From Macrostomum lignano (taxonomy: Eukaryota): 64,000 bases of DNA. A program made the translations under genes and the position numbers. The DNA lies in the NCBI GenBank assembly GCA_002269645.1, contig NIVC01002472.1, positions 62,001-126,000 on the forward strand, read 5' to 3'. Below are positions 49,006-60,727 of this stretch, one piece after another. Below the pieces are notes generated by a model that searched no databases, was not told where the DNA came from, and worked only from the letters and a program-made list of their open reading frames with translations. How positions within the stretch are numbered: the first letter of the stretch is position 1; the number at the start of each line of letters is the position of its first letter.

Positions 49006-50339
49006 CGAAGCATCTGGGAGCCATTTTTCTCCAGACTGCGTTGTCTCGCGGAGCATTGTGGCTGACTTGTGAAGCCTTCTCCGAGCTCTCCTCTCTCACT
49101 TCAGGTTTTTCAGGTTTTCAGGTTCGAGCAGCATTCTACTAAGACGATCAACTGTTGAGACATTTTTTCAGATTTGCCTTTGCTCCGAGCGACTTCATTA
49201 TTTTTTTTCAGGTGACGGATAGACAACTCTGCCAATGCATCGAGTCCGCACACCAAGGTGGCAGCAACCCTACCAAGTCAAGGCTAACATTTTAGGTTTA
49301 TTTTCAGGCAAATTGATAGGTAGTACAATGGTACTATCTAGCTACTTCAGGAGCAATGGGTTCTATTTCTAGGAACATCTTCAAGAACCCAAGAAAAAGT
49401 AAAACACATTTATTGCATAAAAATGGCTATAACTACATTTATCTTTACTTTAGCCCCTACTATCCAATCAAACAATGTATATGTGGTAGCTATCAAAATC
49501 TCTATTGATTAAGTCCTTGTTGCCAGCCTAGGGACTTGAAAGTTCCTCTTATAAAAGCTTTAAAAACTAGCAAAATTCATTAATTTCTAAGTTGCTCTAA
49601 CCCATGAAATCAAGGGCTCCAAAAGTCTTTTTAAAATATTAAAAATATTAAATATTAAATAATAATTATTTAATAATAAATAATAATATTATAATATTAT
49701 AATAATATTATAATAATAAACATGTTCACATAATCATATCTATATTGGTATGTTTGATATAAAACATTTGTATCTATAACCTTCAATAATTAAATTACCA
49801 TATATATAGCCATGGCAAGCCACTATGCTTTTTTTAGATTAAATAGTTAGAGAAATAACCAATAAACAATCTTTAACCTTATAGTTTTTAAAGAATCAGG
49901 GACATTCGAGTGCAATTCATGGCTGGTTGGCCAACCTGCTGCCCCAACAACAATCCTGCCTGTTACCAAGCTACATCTATACTAACACCATCATAGGCTC
50001 ACGTGAAGGCCAAATTTTGCTAGATGCATGGTACATCCGATAGACTATTTGAGTCATACCTACAAGAGTACCTCTGGCAGCACCTCTTCCCGAACAAGAC
50101 TTTTGGGAACTTCCTCTACTGGGTATCACATTATTAATATTATCCATTATAATCCATTTCAATTGCAGACTAACAAAATTAGGCCTAGACAGTTGCTTCT
50201 ATGTTTATCTTACTCCGTGTTATCCCTTATTATCTATTCTGTCCCTTACTAAGCTTAAAGTTACTTAAAAGATATTATTTTAAAAAAAAAATAATTTAAC
50301 ATGCAAAACTACAAGATAGCCAGCAAATCAATATTATAG

Positions 50340-50800
50340 GCCTATAGGTGTAGGAATGAGGGGACAGTGGGGCTATGCCCCCCTCTTTACTTTTTAAAGT
50401 GGGGGCCCATAATGGTATTTGGCCATTCCACATTTTAAATGTAGAATGTAGACTTTTTGCTGATCTTTTCTTTTACTATTTTGCTGCTTTGCATGAATGT
50501 ATTTTGCTACATAGCAACAAAACATAGCATCTGTGGTGCTAAAATGAATGCCTGTGGCACTAAAATGAGTGCCTGCAGTGCTAAAATGAGTGCCTGTGGC
50601 TGTAGTGCTAAAATGAGTGCTGACAATACCAATTCTAAAAATAATTGGCACATGATAATTTGCTTTTTCCATATAAAAATAGAAAAATCTAAATCTAACT
50701 AAATCTAGCACCGTGTGCGCCCCCCCTCAAATCCGCCACTGAACCTGGGTTAGGGCCTATCTGGCCCCCCACTTTTTGAAATGTTTCTAGGCCTATGCCT
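50340..50800. mobile_element. Probable nested MITEs with an internal minisatellite of about 21 bp (GTGCTAAAATGAGTGCCTGT)
   Basis: Imperfect inverted ends ATAGG(T/C).TAG.AA, G/C-tract subtermini, and 4-5 tandem units at about 50530-50622. Confidence 0.45.
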
Positions 50801-52035
50801 ATGAACCAATATGAAAATCAGGCTAACAATATGGATGGTCAATAAAAATACAATACAAATCCCATTGTATAATACTCGTACAGCCTATAGGTCCAGGTTT
50901 ACACGCCTAAGTGATTCAACAAGAAAAAGTACCATGGCATGGTATTAGTAAAATAAACATTTAGTCGATTAGAAAAGTTTATGGTGAGCACAACAACAAA
51001 AAATAATTCATCTAAAAAAGATTATTAAAGTTGTAAACCGTGTTTTTTGCATTTGCGATGTGTTAAAATATCTTGATTATTGACAGTTGGTATCATTTGT
51101 GTCAGCCTCGAGTGTCGAGTCAAATGCTCACGGCCTCACGTCAGAGTTCATCGTAAAGTGTTTCTTACAAATTACATATTTTAAAATTGTCAGTTAAAAC
51201 AATATTTAAATGCCGGTAAGTTTTGCTACGAAATCTTACAAAATCTACTTGGCTGATTACGTTCAGTTATGAGTGCATTTGTCAGTTGAACAATTTTTTT
51301 ACAGAGGGTTTGTGGCGGTTAGGATAATAACTTTATTCCTAAAAACATTATTGGTTTGTACTAATAATTCCATAGTAAATTTAGTCATACAAAATATTTG
51401 ATACTGTACCAAAATGCAAGGGCCGCAGTATATAACTGTTATATACAGCAGTGGTCCTTGCCAAATTAAAAAGACCACGTACATGTACATGTACATGTAT
51501 GTACATTGAAGTATACATGTCCTTGCATGTAGTGTTGCATTGTTACTAATTGGTAACGGTACGTGTACTTTTTGTATGCAAAGCTGCTAGTTCGTGGTAG
51601 TTACAGCATGTAATTCATATAAAGGTAACTCTAGCTCTTTGTCATGATATCTAGAATGATGAAGAAAACGAAATTTATGGGATAAAAGTTTAAGGATAAA
51701 CGTAATGGAGGCTATACAGTACATGTAGTTCTCAAGACTGAACAGCGCGCTTTACATTAGAGTACATAAGCATGCAAGTATAGTTACCACACATCAATTA
51801 AGCGAAAAACCATGCAAGAGCTTGTGACTTCACTATTAAGAAAATTTTGTCATTTTTTGCCACATGTTATTTCTACACAAGTCATAAAGTAAATAAATTT
51901 TATTGATTTTATATAATTAAATTTTTCCTTTCAACCCTTGGTGGAGTACGTGCAGCGCAGTGAAAAAATGAAGACCTTAAGCTGGCCCAATTTATCCAGC
52001 TGTATATACTAAATTCAAATGTTGCAAATATCATT

Positions 52036-52648
52036 TTAGCAGAAGTTTCTGAAATAACCAATTTTCCTGTCGAACTTCCATTTGCAGCGTCTGAAATTGC
52101 GATATACATGTACATGTAGTAGGTGTTAGTTCTGTCACTTCTCAATAACTCATATTAAACTGCAGTTTATCAGTGCTTTGAACTTACTCTTCAACATCGC
52201 CGCTTTCGTCATCTGCAGAAGTCTCAGACTCGTCGACTGTCGCGGGCTCTTCTAAAGCACCTGGAAAGTAATATGCATGAGGCAAAGTGCATGTATACAG
52301 AGGTACATAAATATATTGAAGCATCTTTTGAATTTTGCTATTGACTTTGACACCTGTGCACGGCCCCAATATTTGTCACTTTGTCTTCGTTCTTTCGGTG
52401 AGTTCTTAAATTCTGAACAACACCGTCACAAAAGCATGGATGCATTAATTAATACAGTACGTAGCAGTACCCTCGGTTGTTTCATCTGAATGCATAATAC
52501 ATGCATATCACAAGAAAAAAGCTGCTTTAAAGCAAAAGAACTTGCCATAATTTCCGTAGTTAGAATCGCCGTTGAATTCCGCAAGACTTGTGCGAGCTAG
52601 CATGACCACCAGAGACACGAATAGAAGGGTCACAGTGAAGCGGGTCAT
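52036..52648 (-). CDS. Secreted prepropeptide A (76 aa): signal peptide + acidic propiece + cationic C-x14-C peptide CKWKFDRKIGYFRNFC
   Basis: Exons 52648-52546, 52260-52188 and 52090-52036 (231 nt, in frame). GCCACCATG start, GCAAGT donor for intron 1, GTAAGT for intron 2, TTCCAG and TTTCAG acceptors, AATAAA at 51904-51899. Product: MTRFTVTLLFVSLVVMLARTSLA-EFNGDSNYGNYGALEEPATVDESETSADDESGDVEER-CKWKFDRKIGYFRNFC. Confidence 0.85.
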
Positions 52649-53334
52649 GGTGGCAGCGCAGTGGTTTCAGATGATTTAGCCAAAACTGTTGTAGCACTGG
52701 AAGCGCGTGACTCATCGGCAAAAATATTGCTAAACCTTCCACCCAAATACGCAGACTGACTTAAAAGGCCAGCCTTTTATTGTTGGTAATGCAGTAATTG
52801 TGTTAAAGAATTTTCAGCTCGAAACTAGCTCACGTGTCTTGGACTAACAACCGATGCTCACGTGTGCAGTACTGCTCATCAGACTCATATTCATAAAATA
52901 GAAACCTTTGATTGCCCTGGCTACTATGCAGTCATTATGTGCGGCCAAAACCAGAAAACGCAATACGCTAACCACTTCTCTAACCATTGCAATAGCTACT
53001 GATTGCTTTTGCAATTGCAGTTAACTTCAGTGCTCCAGCTCAATTAATGCAGAGTTCTCTGGTAGCCAAGGGGTATTAAAGAAAGAGCAATTCGTGAGGA
53101 AACTCAAGCACAGAGCTATACATTCTCATTCAGTGATTTCTACCACCTCTAATCCTCTGTTTTTAACTCAGTGTTCTAACAGTTTTGTGAGTGACTTTCG
53201 CAAAAAGTCTAAAGTCTATAAGACTTTTTCAAGTACATCATTTTGTATTTTCTTGGTTACTTAATAAATTTAAAGTTCGTCTTTAATCATATGCTGTAAT
53301 CAGATTTATATGAATTTTGGTCCATCGCATGTGG

Positions 53335-53712
53335 CCCCAAACTCGAGTATCAGTGACTCAAAACACGTACGAGCGTACGAGTCTCAGTTGCTTAAAACTC
53401 GAGTCTTCAGTGACTCAAATCACGTAGGAGTCCTCTCTCAGTTGCCCCAAAAATCGAGTCTTCAGTGACTCAACACACGTAGGAGTCTCAGTTGCCCCAA
53501 AACTCGAGTCTCAGTGACTCAACACACGTAGGAGTCTCAGTTGCGCCAAAACTCGAGTCTTCAGTGACTCAACACACGTAGGAGTCTCAGTTGCGCCAAA
53601 ACTCGAGTCTCAGTGACTCAAAACACGTAGGAGTCTCAGTTGCCCCAAAACTCGAGTCTCTCAGTGACTCAAACACGCGGTACGAGTCTCAGTGCCCCAA
53701 AGCTCGAGTATC
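53335..53712. repeat. Minisatellite of about 50-bp units, each containing TGACTCA
   Basis: Unit CCCCAAAACTCGAGTCT(T)CAGTGACTCAACACACGTAGGAGTCTCAGTTG; seven TGACTCA copies counted. Confidence 0.92.
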
Positions 53713-53893
53713 AGTGGCCCAAAACGAGTCTCATAAAGTTCGAATAACAGCATTCTGTAAGTCGTTCGCTTGTCTTATTTCAGCCGAAACTAATTGTGCA
53801 AACTCTCTGTGAAGCTTTAAGCAACTTAATTCGTCTCTTACCTGCATACGATGCTCTGCATTATAATCCGTCTGAAATAATGAACGCACCTTA

Positions 53894-56596
53894 CCCGGGT
53901 AGCATTTTGACGTCAATTTGCGGTTGCGTTGACGTCGCAAAAATTACCATCGCAAATCTATTCACCCCAGCCCGTCTTCTTTGATATTTTAGTTTATTTT
54001 TGCATAATTAGATGCCAGAGTCAATATGCATTTATAGTCATCATTTTGCTAGCTCAATTATACCTGTAAAATAGCAAAGAAGTAACGTAAAATATTCGTT
54101 GAAAGTAGGTTGAAAAATCAACGTAAAAACTTTAGTCATTATGGAACCCAAAATTTGACGTTTATATACTGCAGTACTATATAATTACGTAGATTGAATG
54201 ATTTTTATAACACTGAGAAAAGTAAGGGAAAAAGTAAGGCTCGTTTTTTTACAGTTTTATTTTGTTAATACGTGTTATTAAAATCGTATATTTGAATATT
54301 TTGCTGCATGATAAATCGCTTTATATCATAAGTGGCGTTGCGTTTTTATTTAGTTAGTGTTACCAGCTATATGAAACTTCACCTTCACAATGATATCAAC
54401 GTCATCTTTCTCCTGGTTGAATATTATTCGAAATATTTTCAGCTGCCATAAAACATACCAATAGATGTTTTTGGTATAGAATGACTTAAAGCAATACCAA
54501 ATCATGGCTGATTTAGCTACTACAAACTTTGCTAAATTGGCTGGCTAATAAAATAGTTGCTCCTTTTAATTCTACTACTTTCTCTCTCCCCATTTTCCTA
54601 TCAGTACTGCTGTTTGTATTGGAAATATACAATAATAATAGCCTGGCCTACCACAAGTATTGCATTGGTTACAACTATTAGAGTTAAACATAATTCCTAT
54701 CAAAATAATAATTGTCTGGAAATCAAATTCCTACATACATACAGTTTGCAAAGAACTGCTTGATTTTCAAATCAGTCTTACTCTCAGCCTAATCATATAT
54801 AATCATTGGACCTTAGATATCATATCCAAGATCCAATTTCAAATTTTTATTTGGAAGGTGCAGTTGTTCTAGCATTTCTATCATATAAAAAGCTTGGCAT
54901 ACTTGATTTGAAATTAATATTTTTTGTTTCTTAGTTTTACTAATCAGCCATTTAATTACATCATATCTATTATACATGCTAAGTTCATGTTAGCATTTAA
55001 AATATACTTTAGTTTCCTAGTTATCTCATTAAAATCTTTAGTAGGCCCTAATTTCTCATTTTAGCACTCTTAGAGCTACAATTTCCTTAACAAACTTATG
55101 CTTAGCTATATTCTATAGTAAAACATACATTTATTAATGTTTTGCCTCATCAAGTAGCCTATAGCTTGTTAATCATATTTAAACATATTTTAGACATTAT
55201 TGTAGCATTGCTGGGCACTATTGTTTAATTTGTGGTTGAGCAGATTTTTTAGCTGAATAGAAAGTCTGAAAAAAGTAAAAATATTTATAAGATTATGTAT
55301 AGAAATCCTAAGACTAAGAGTAAGGCTAAAGACTTCTGTATAATATAGTTTTGTATATTGTAATTTATGGATATATAAAATATAACTGTACAAATGCATA
55401 AGTCAAAATCTTTTTATAACCAAATATACTTTTTTCTGCCTATTTCAGATGGCCACCTAGGTGAAGAGGACAGGAGAGATTGCTACTATATGCCATCAAT
55501 GATACTAATTCCAACTCCTAGATGAGGAGGAGAAAATTCATTCCTATGATGACATCATCCCTGCTTATTGGAACAGGTTGTCATGAAGGGATGTCAGCTA
55601 GTCAATTTGAGGAAGGAGTTGTGGAAGAGGATAACAATTCACCATTTGATTCAGTCTCCTCCAATTCAGAGACTGGGGACTATCAAGAATTTGATGTAGA
55701 TCTTCTGAGTGAAAGACTAGGCAAAATGCAGCAATATGCAACTATACTCTCTATTTATTTATTCTACAGTTCTGTTGCTTGCTGCTTTCATCCTTATATT
55801 TGTTGATCAATGACACTGTTTTCAACATTCTATTTTGTTTTGTCAGTACTGTCGTTTTTGGCGCTATTGTAAATTTTTCAACTTTTAAAATTTAATTTAT
55901 TACCATCCTTTTCATAAATTTTCATTTGCAAGCATCAACTTAATTTGTGTTAAAATAACAATTTATGAAAAAAAGTAACAACTTCTGAATCCAATGTCTA
56001 CAATATGTATGTATACAAGAGAAGATGAATATAAGGCTTTGTCCGCATGTATTCTTGTTTAATATTTTCTGGTAAAAATGTAACTATTAGCCAGGGGCGT
56101 AGCCAAGGGGGGTCATTGGGGTCATGAACCCCCCCCCCCAGCTGTCTGATCCAGGCCAAATACAGGCAGCAGCCCCCCTCCCCTGTCGCAGAGGCCTAGC
56201 ACCCCGCCCCCGGTTGCCGTGTGACTGTGACCCCCGGAAGGAAATTCCTAGCTACGCCACTGCTATTAGCTTCTAGAAATAAGATGGATACATGTACTGC
56301 CTACACACATTTAAAGAAAGTTGACTTCAGAATGCAAAGATAACCATCAATTATAAAGCCAGTAACATTTGTTTTCTTAAAAGACATTATACCAGTCATT
56401 TCGTGCATTTAAAAGCCATTAAATCTATTAAATAAAGACGGTAAAATTTCGGTACATTTTGACGTCAAAACAACGTCATAGATCTAGGTCAAAATTACGT
56501 AAAAAACATCGACAGAATTGACGTCCTTTCGACGTTACACTTTGACCTATTTTCAACGTCATTTTGACGTCGCGCAACGTCACTTTGCTACCCGGG
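53894..56596. mobile_element. 2.7-kb non-autonomous TIR element with TTA TSD (PIF/Harbinger-like)
   Basis: 11-bp perfect TIR CCCGGGTAGCA, TTA on both flanks (53891-93 / 56597-99), and GACGT-rich subterminal repeats at both ends. No transposase is visible. Confidence 0.65.
56092..56262. mobile_element. 171-bp hAT-type MITE nested in the 53894-56596 element
   Basis: TIR CAG(G/T)GGCGTAGC and 8-bp TSD CTATTAGC (56084-91 / 56263-70). Confidence 0.88.
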
Positions 56597-56896
56597 TTAG
56601 CTGCCCCGGGTTGGACAACAGTGCCAACCCAAAGCACAAAAGTGAGACTGCAGCAGTAATTTAGACTGGATGATAAAATGAAAGAAGCTTTCAACAATAG
56701 ACAGAAAGTAAACCCAATTCCAGGCATAAACAAACGCTGCGGCTTCGATTCTCTGCCGCAAATTTAAAGCAAAATAAAAAGGGACGCACCACAGTGGCTT
56801 GCTACGCTACGATAAGAGCTTTCAATGCTCATAAGCACGCGCTCAAACCTGCAGTAGCATCAGGCGGGCAAAAGCTTTTTAAGTATTATCTACGAC

Positions 56897-56898
<2 letters not shown>

Positions 56899-56945
<47 letters not shown>
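56899..56945. repeat. (GATA)n microsatellite
   Basis: Perfect tetranucleotide run. Confidence 0.95.
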
Positions 56946-57285
56946 TGATAACAAACAAAAGCCTGACACTCCATTTGTATGGAAAGAAATATAAGCTGTG
57001 ATAGGTAACTTGAAGTAGCTACTTGTATATTTAGATTGTTTCGCGGTAACTTTTTGCCAAAAAACAAGAGAAGTTATACAGGTATTGTTTTTATTTTGTG
57101 GATATACAAGCTATCTGTGTAATGGAAAATTTAGCATCCGATCTTCGGGGGGAAAGAACTCTGTTAGAGAGACTTAACAAGATTTTTAAAGACGTTACTG
57201 CTTCTGGCTAACACTGAAGAAACTATTTGTTGTTAAACTAAATTTCGAAGTATTTGTCGCCTCCGTGAGAAGTGGCTTGAGCAGC

Positions 57286-57723
57286 TCAAGGACACGCCAG
57301 GGTGTGCCGCTTGTGCTTCCTTCGGTACACCCACCTGCATCGCCTGAAATTATAAGGGGGGATTTCAGTTGGTGCCAAATTAATTTCTACGTAGTTTTTC
57401 TGCGCAGAGTTAAGAGTTGGGTTAACTTGGGGAATATTTGAGATAGAAGACAGTGAAGCAGCTAGCTAAAAGCCACACTGGACTCACTTCTGAAGGTCCT
57501 CATCGTCATCGGCCTCATCAGATTCCAGAGCCGGTTCCTCGGCTGAAATGTTGTACGAAAAAATGTTGGCTATGCCGATAGCTAAAAACCTAATTTAAAA
57601 AACTCGATCTCCACTTATGCGGGTCTCACCGTAGTCATCGGCATAATCGGAATCTTCATAGGCCGAGCAGACAAACACAGCAGTCAGAGACAGAAGCAGC
57701 AGAGCCGCAGTCAGGCGGTGCAT
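57286..57723 (-). CDS. Secreted prepropeptide B (68 aa): signal peptide + acidic propiece + KR + cationic C-x14-C peptide CRWVYRRKHKRHTLACP
   Basis: Exons 57723-57630, 57542-57488 and 57343-57286 (207 nt, in frame). GTGAGA and GTGAGT donors, two TTTCAG acceptors, AATAAA at 57095-57090. Product: MHRLTAALLLLSLTAVFVCSA-YEDSDYADDYAEEPALESDEADDDEDLQKR-CRWVYRRKHKRHTLACP. Confidence 0.9.
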
Positions 57724-57764
57724 GTTGTTGCTTTGGCGTTGTTGGTGACTTGCAAGATTCTCAA

Positions 57765-57827
57765 TGACTCAGGTGCGGTTCGGGCTTGACAAGAAAAGAA
57801 AGGTCTTTGAAATTCGTTGCTTTTATA
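57765..57827 (-). promoter_or_regulatory. TATA box and AP-1 motif upstream of prepropeptide B
   Basis: TATAAAAG at 57827-57820 and TGAGTCA at 57771-57765 on the coding strand. Confidence 0.65.
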
Positions 57828-58358
57828 GACACACCCTATCACCTGAGAATGCGTGCGTTTGCGGTGTGGGTTCTGAGCACGTTTTCCAGAGCTCAGCTCG
57901 GGGCCAACGAAATTTATTGGACAGTTTCGTAGCACGTGAGGTTTTTGCCAAAACGTGCCCTACGGCCCTACCGCTAAGTGCTGCCATAAATTCTGTGCTT
58001 GAATGCAAAGTTTTGTTGAAGAAGCAAATGCGCAAATGCAGTAGTGCCTGAGATAGATGGAATACAAGCTTATCGTGTGTCAGAAAAAAACGTAATGCAA
58101 AAAACATAGAGACACACTTTATAGTGAATTTGAGATTTGCATCTGTTTGTCTGCCTGAACCCAACAGAGCCAAGTTTGCTGCAGAATCAAAGAGTTGCCG
58201 TAGAGCCAATGCGTGGACAATCATAAGGACGCTACACTTACAGATTTTACTGAAGCGAGATGGAAAGTTGTCAGTTTTTATCACTGACTAATCACTGAAA
58301 ATGAACGCGCATCTGACCGTCTGAGTTTCCGAATCGAGAACATACCCTGAGTATACGA

Positions 58359-58667
58359 ACAACGTACAACAACAACAAAGTACTTCACCTGCCAGCCACG
58401 CAGTGGCCAGAAAAGGGGAAGAAATCAGAGATCAGAAATCAGTCACACCCCTAGCTTGGTCCGGGGTGCCAGCATCGGTCAAAAGCCTGTCAGGATATCT
58501 GGCCGTTCGCCCTTGGCCTCGCCTGCGCGGTCCCTGCAGCTTGAGCAGCAGCACCTCATGCAGCGGCTCAGGGCAGCGAGCCTCCGACCGGATGACGTGG
58601 CCAACCAGTCGAAGTCGCCGCCCGCGCAGCTGGTCAGAAGGCTGCATCAGGCGTGCCCTCGTGTAGA
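58359..58667 (-). mobile_element. 5'-truncated RTE-like LINE 3' end, same family as 22872-23751
   Basis: Near-collinear with 22872-23185, with a (GTT)n tail and 7-bp TSD TATACGA (58352-58 / 58668-74). Confidence 0.88.
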
Positions 58668-59272
58668 TATACGACCAAGGACTGCTAGACTAGAACTATA
58701 ACATTCCAGTTGCCCTTGGGCGAGCATTGCCATGACGCAACGTCCTTCAAAAAATACTCGAAAAGCTTACTAACCACCGCTATAAACCTGATTAAACATT
58801 CAAGGCTGGGTGCAATTAGCTGTAAAAGTCGTGCCGCAAGATCAGTTTTGCTCTGAGCAAACTAAAAACCAATTTGAAGTTTTTTCTGGCTTCTTCAGGC
58901 CATATCACTGAGAAAATGAAATTTAATACTCTTAAGCAAAGCCAAGCTAACCTTGCACTAATTTCATTTTGGCTTGTCAAATTTTCAGTTTTGCCGTTTG
59001 TTAGAGGCAAATTCTTAGTTCTCAGATTACCTGTGCAAAGTTTAAAAAATTGACTGACTGGGCAATGCAAACACGGCTAATTAGTCACTCCCCCTCACCC
59101 AGCATGACAAGCGTTAAAATCATGAAAACCAAAGCATGCAATAATATTGTGTGACTGAAGCATCATTTTTTCCTAGACTATATTTATATTTTATTGTGTA
59201 GCTCTAACTAGAATTTGTGTATTGCAATAATACGCGTAATAATAATAACTGATTAAAACTGCCCCGATTGGG

Positions 59273-59520
59273 CCAGATGTGCTACCGACAGCTCAGCCGC
59301 CGCTATTGCGCGGCGCATCTGAAGGTTGCGTACGGCTGTTCAGTTCAAGGACTGGGGAGTCACCACACCCACCCTCAATTACCCCGCTGGGTGAACGAAG
59401 CAATGCAGGGTTAAGTGTCTTGCTCAAGGATGGATACAAATTGTTCCAGCCGAATCGGAACTCGAACCCCCGACCTTCAAGTGGGGAGTCAGACGCTCAA
59501 ACCACAAGGCTACCACTAGC
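59273..59520 (-). mobile_element. SINE family A, near full-length copy
   Basis: A-box TAGCCTTGTGG, B-box GGTTCGAGTTCC, then the conserved central and 3' blocks. Confidence 0.85.
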
Positions 59521-60727
59521 CATCTATTGCAATAGATCCGCTTAGAATTTGTTCGGAGGTTTGTTCTGGGTATCAGGCGTGTTTACGGCATGTTGTTATT
59601 GCACATTTAACTATAAACAATATATTTGCGAGCCACATGCAACAGCATTAGAGAAGCTTTAGCCAGGGCGATGCCAGCGTACATTTAGTTGGTAGTGCTG
59701 TAATTAAAAAGCATAACAGCCAACCAAAATCTTCTTGAAAGAACGACTATGACACGTGGGAAAATCAGGAAAATTTTCATTATTTACGAGCATGCATAAT
59801 GAAATAGAATTTAAAGACTGCCTATCAAGTAAGGTTACCCGTAAGTTTCCCGCTGTGAGACCAGTTGCTACCTGCTTAGAATTACTTCTCTCCTGTCTCC
59901 AGCTCTTACTCGCAGTATTCTGCGAAAAGCAGTGGGCAGCTTGAGACAGCTTTGAGCTTTGAACTCGAGAGAGAGCATGCTTGGACAGTTTTCTTATTCG
60001 CTTTTGCTCCTTTCTATTCGCTTTGCTTCCTACTTAAAATGACCGAATTCGAGCCTCTTTTTCGAGCCGCCTACCTCGAGAAGTCATTACGAATCATTGC
60101 GAATATCTTGAGAATTACGAGCATTAAGACAGCCTCACTAAGAGTCTTATTGAAGTGCATCTGAGCTGTGCCCTTGGGCTAAGAAGCGTCTCTGTCTGCA
60201 CCCCCTCACCCTAAACTGTTGGACTATGTCCATTTTGTATTCACGAATGTCAGTGAGACACTGAGCCAGACAGTTTAATTGCAATACAGCAGTTTTTGGT
60301 GCCCAGGGCATTTTCAGCATAAACTGCCTATTGTTATACTTTAACCGACTTAGCTGAGTGCTTATAGAGCTCCGAAATCATTTATGTAGCAGATTACGCT
60401 GCGCTGATATCTAATTGGTCTTAGGATAGCGAGTAACGACCAGCTTCATTCGCACTGTTTCGCAGTGCTGAATTTCAAAATCGTCGAAAATTGCTCCAGC
60501 TCTCAATTGATGCGAAGTTCTCTGTCAAGGGTATGGGATAGGACCATATAGGGAGAGGGGCCGGGGAAGCCCCCACGAAAACCCCACGAAAATCGTGCAT
60601 CTCCAAAAATTGACAAAAAGAGGCAACCAAGCTGGACAAATGACGTTTTCGAATGGCGAATCAATTTTTGACCGCGGTATCCAAAGAGCATAAAAAGCAG
60701 GGGTAGGAGCACCCTCCTTGGAAATAA

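Noticed and set aside
49234-49375. ORF starting MHRVRTPRW downstream of the 48998 TATA box, as a third peptide paralogue
   Set aside because: It lacks the hydrophobic signal peptide, the acidic propiece and the C-x14-C exon.
49915-50000. MAGWPTCCPNNNPAC, alpha-conotoxin-like string
   Set aside because: It has no signal peptide, splice context or fourth Cys, so it is most likely chance.
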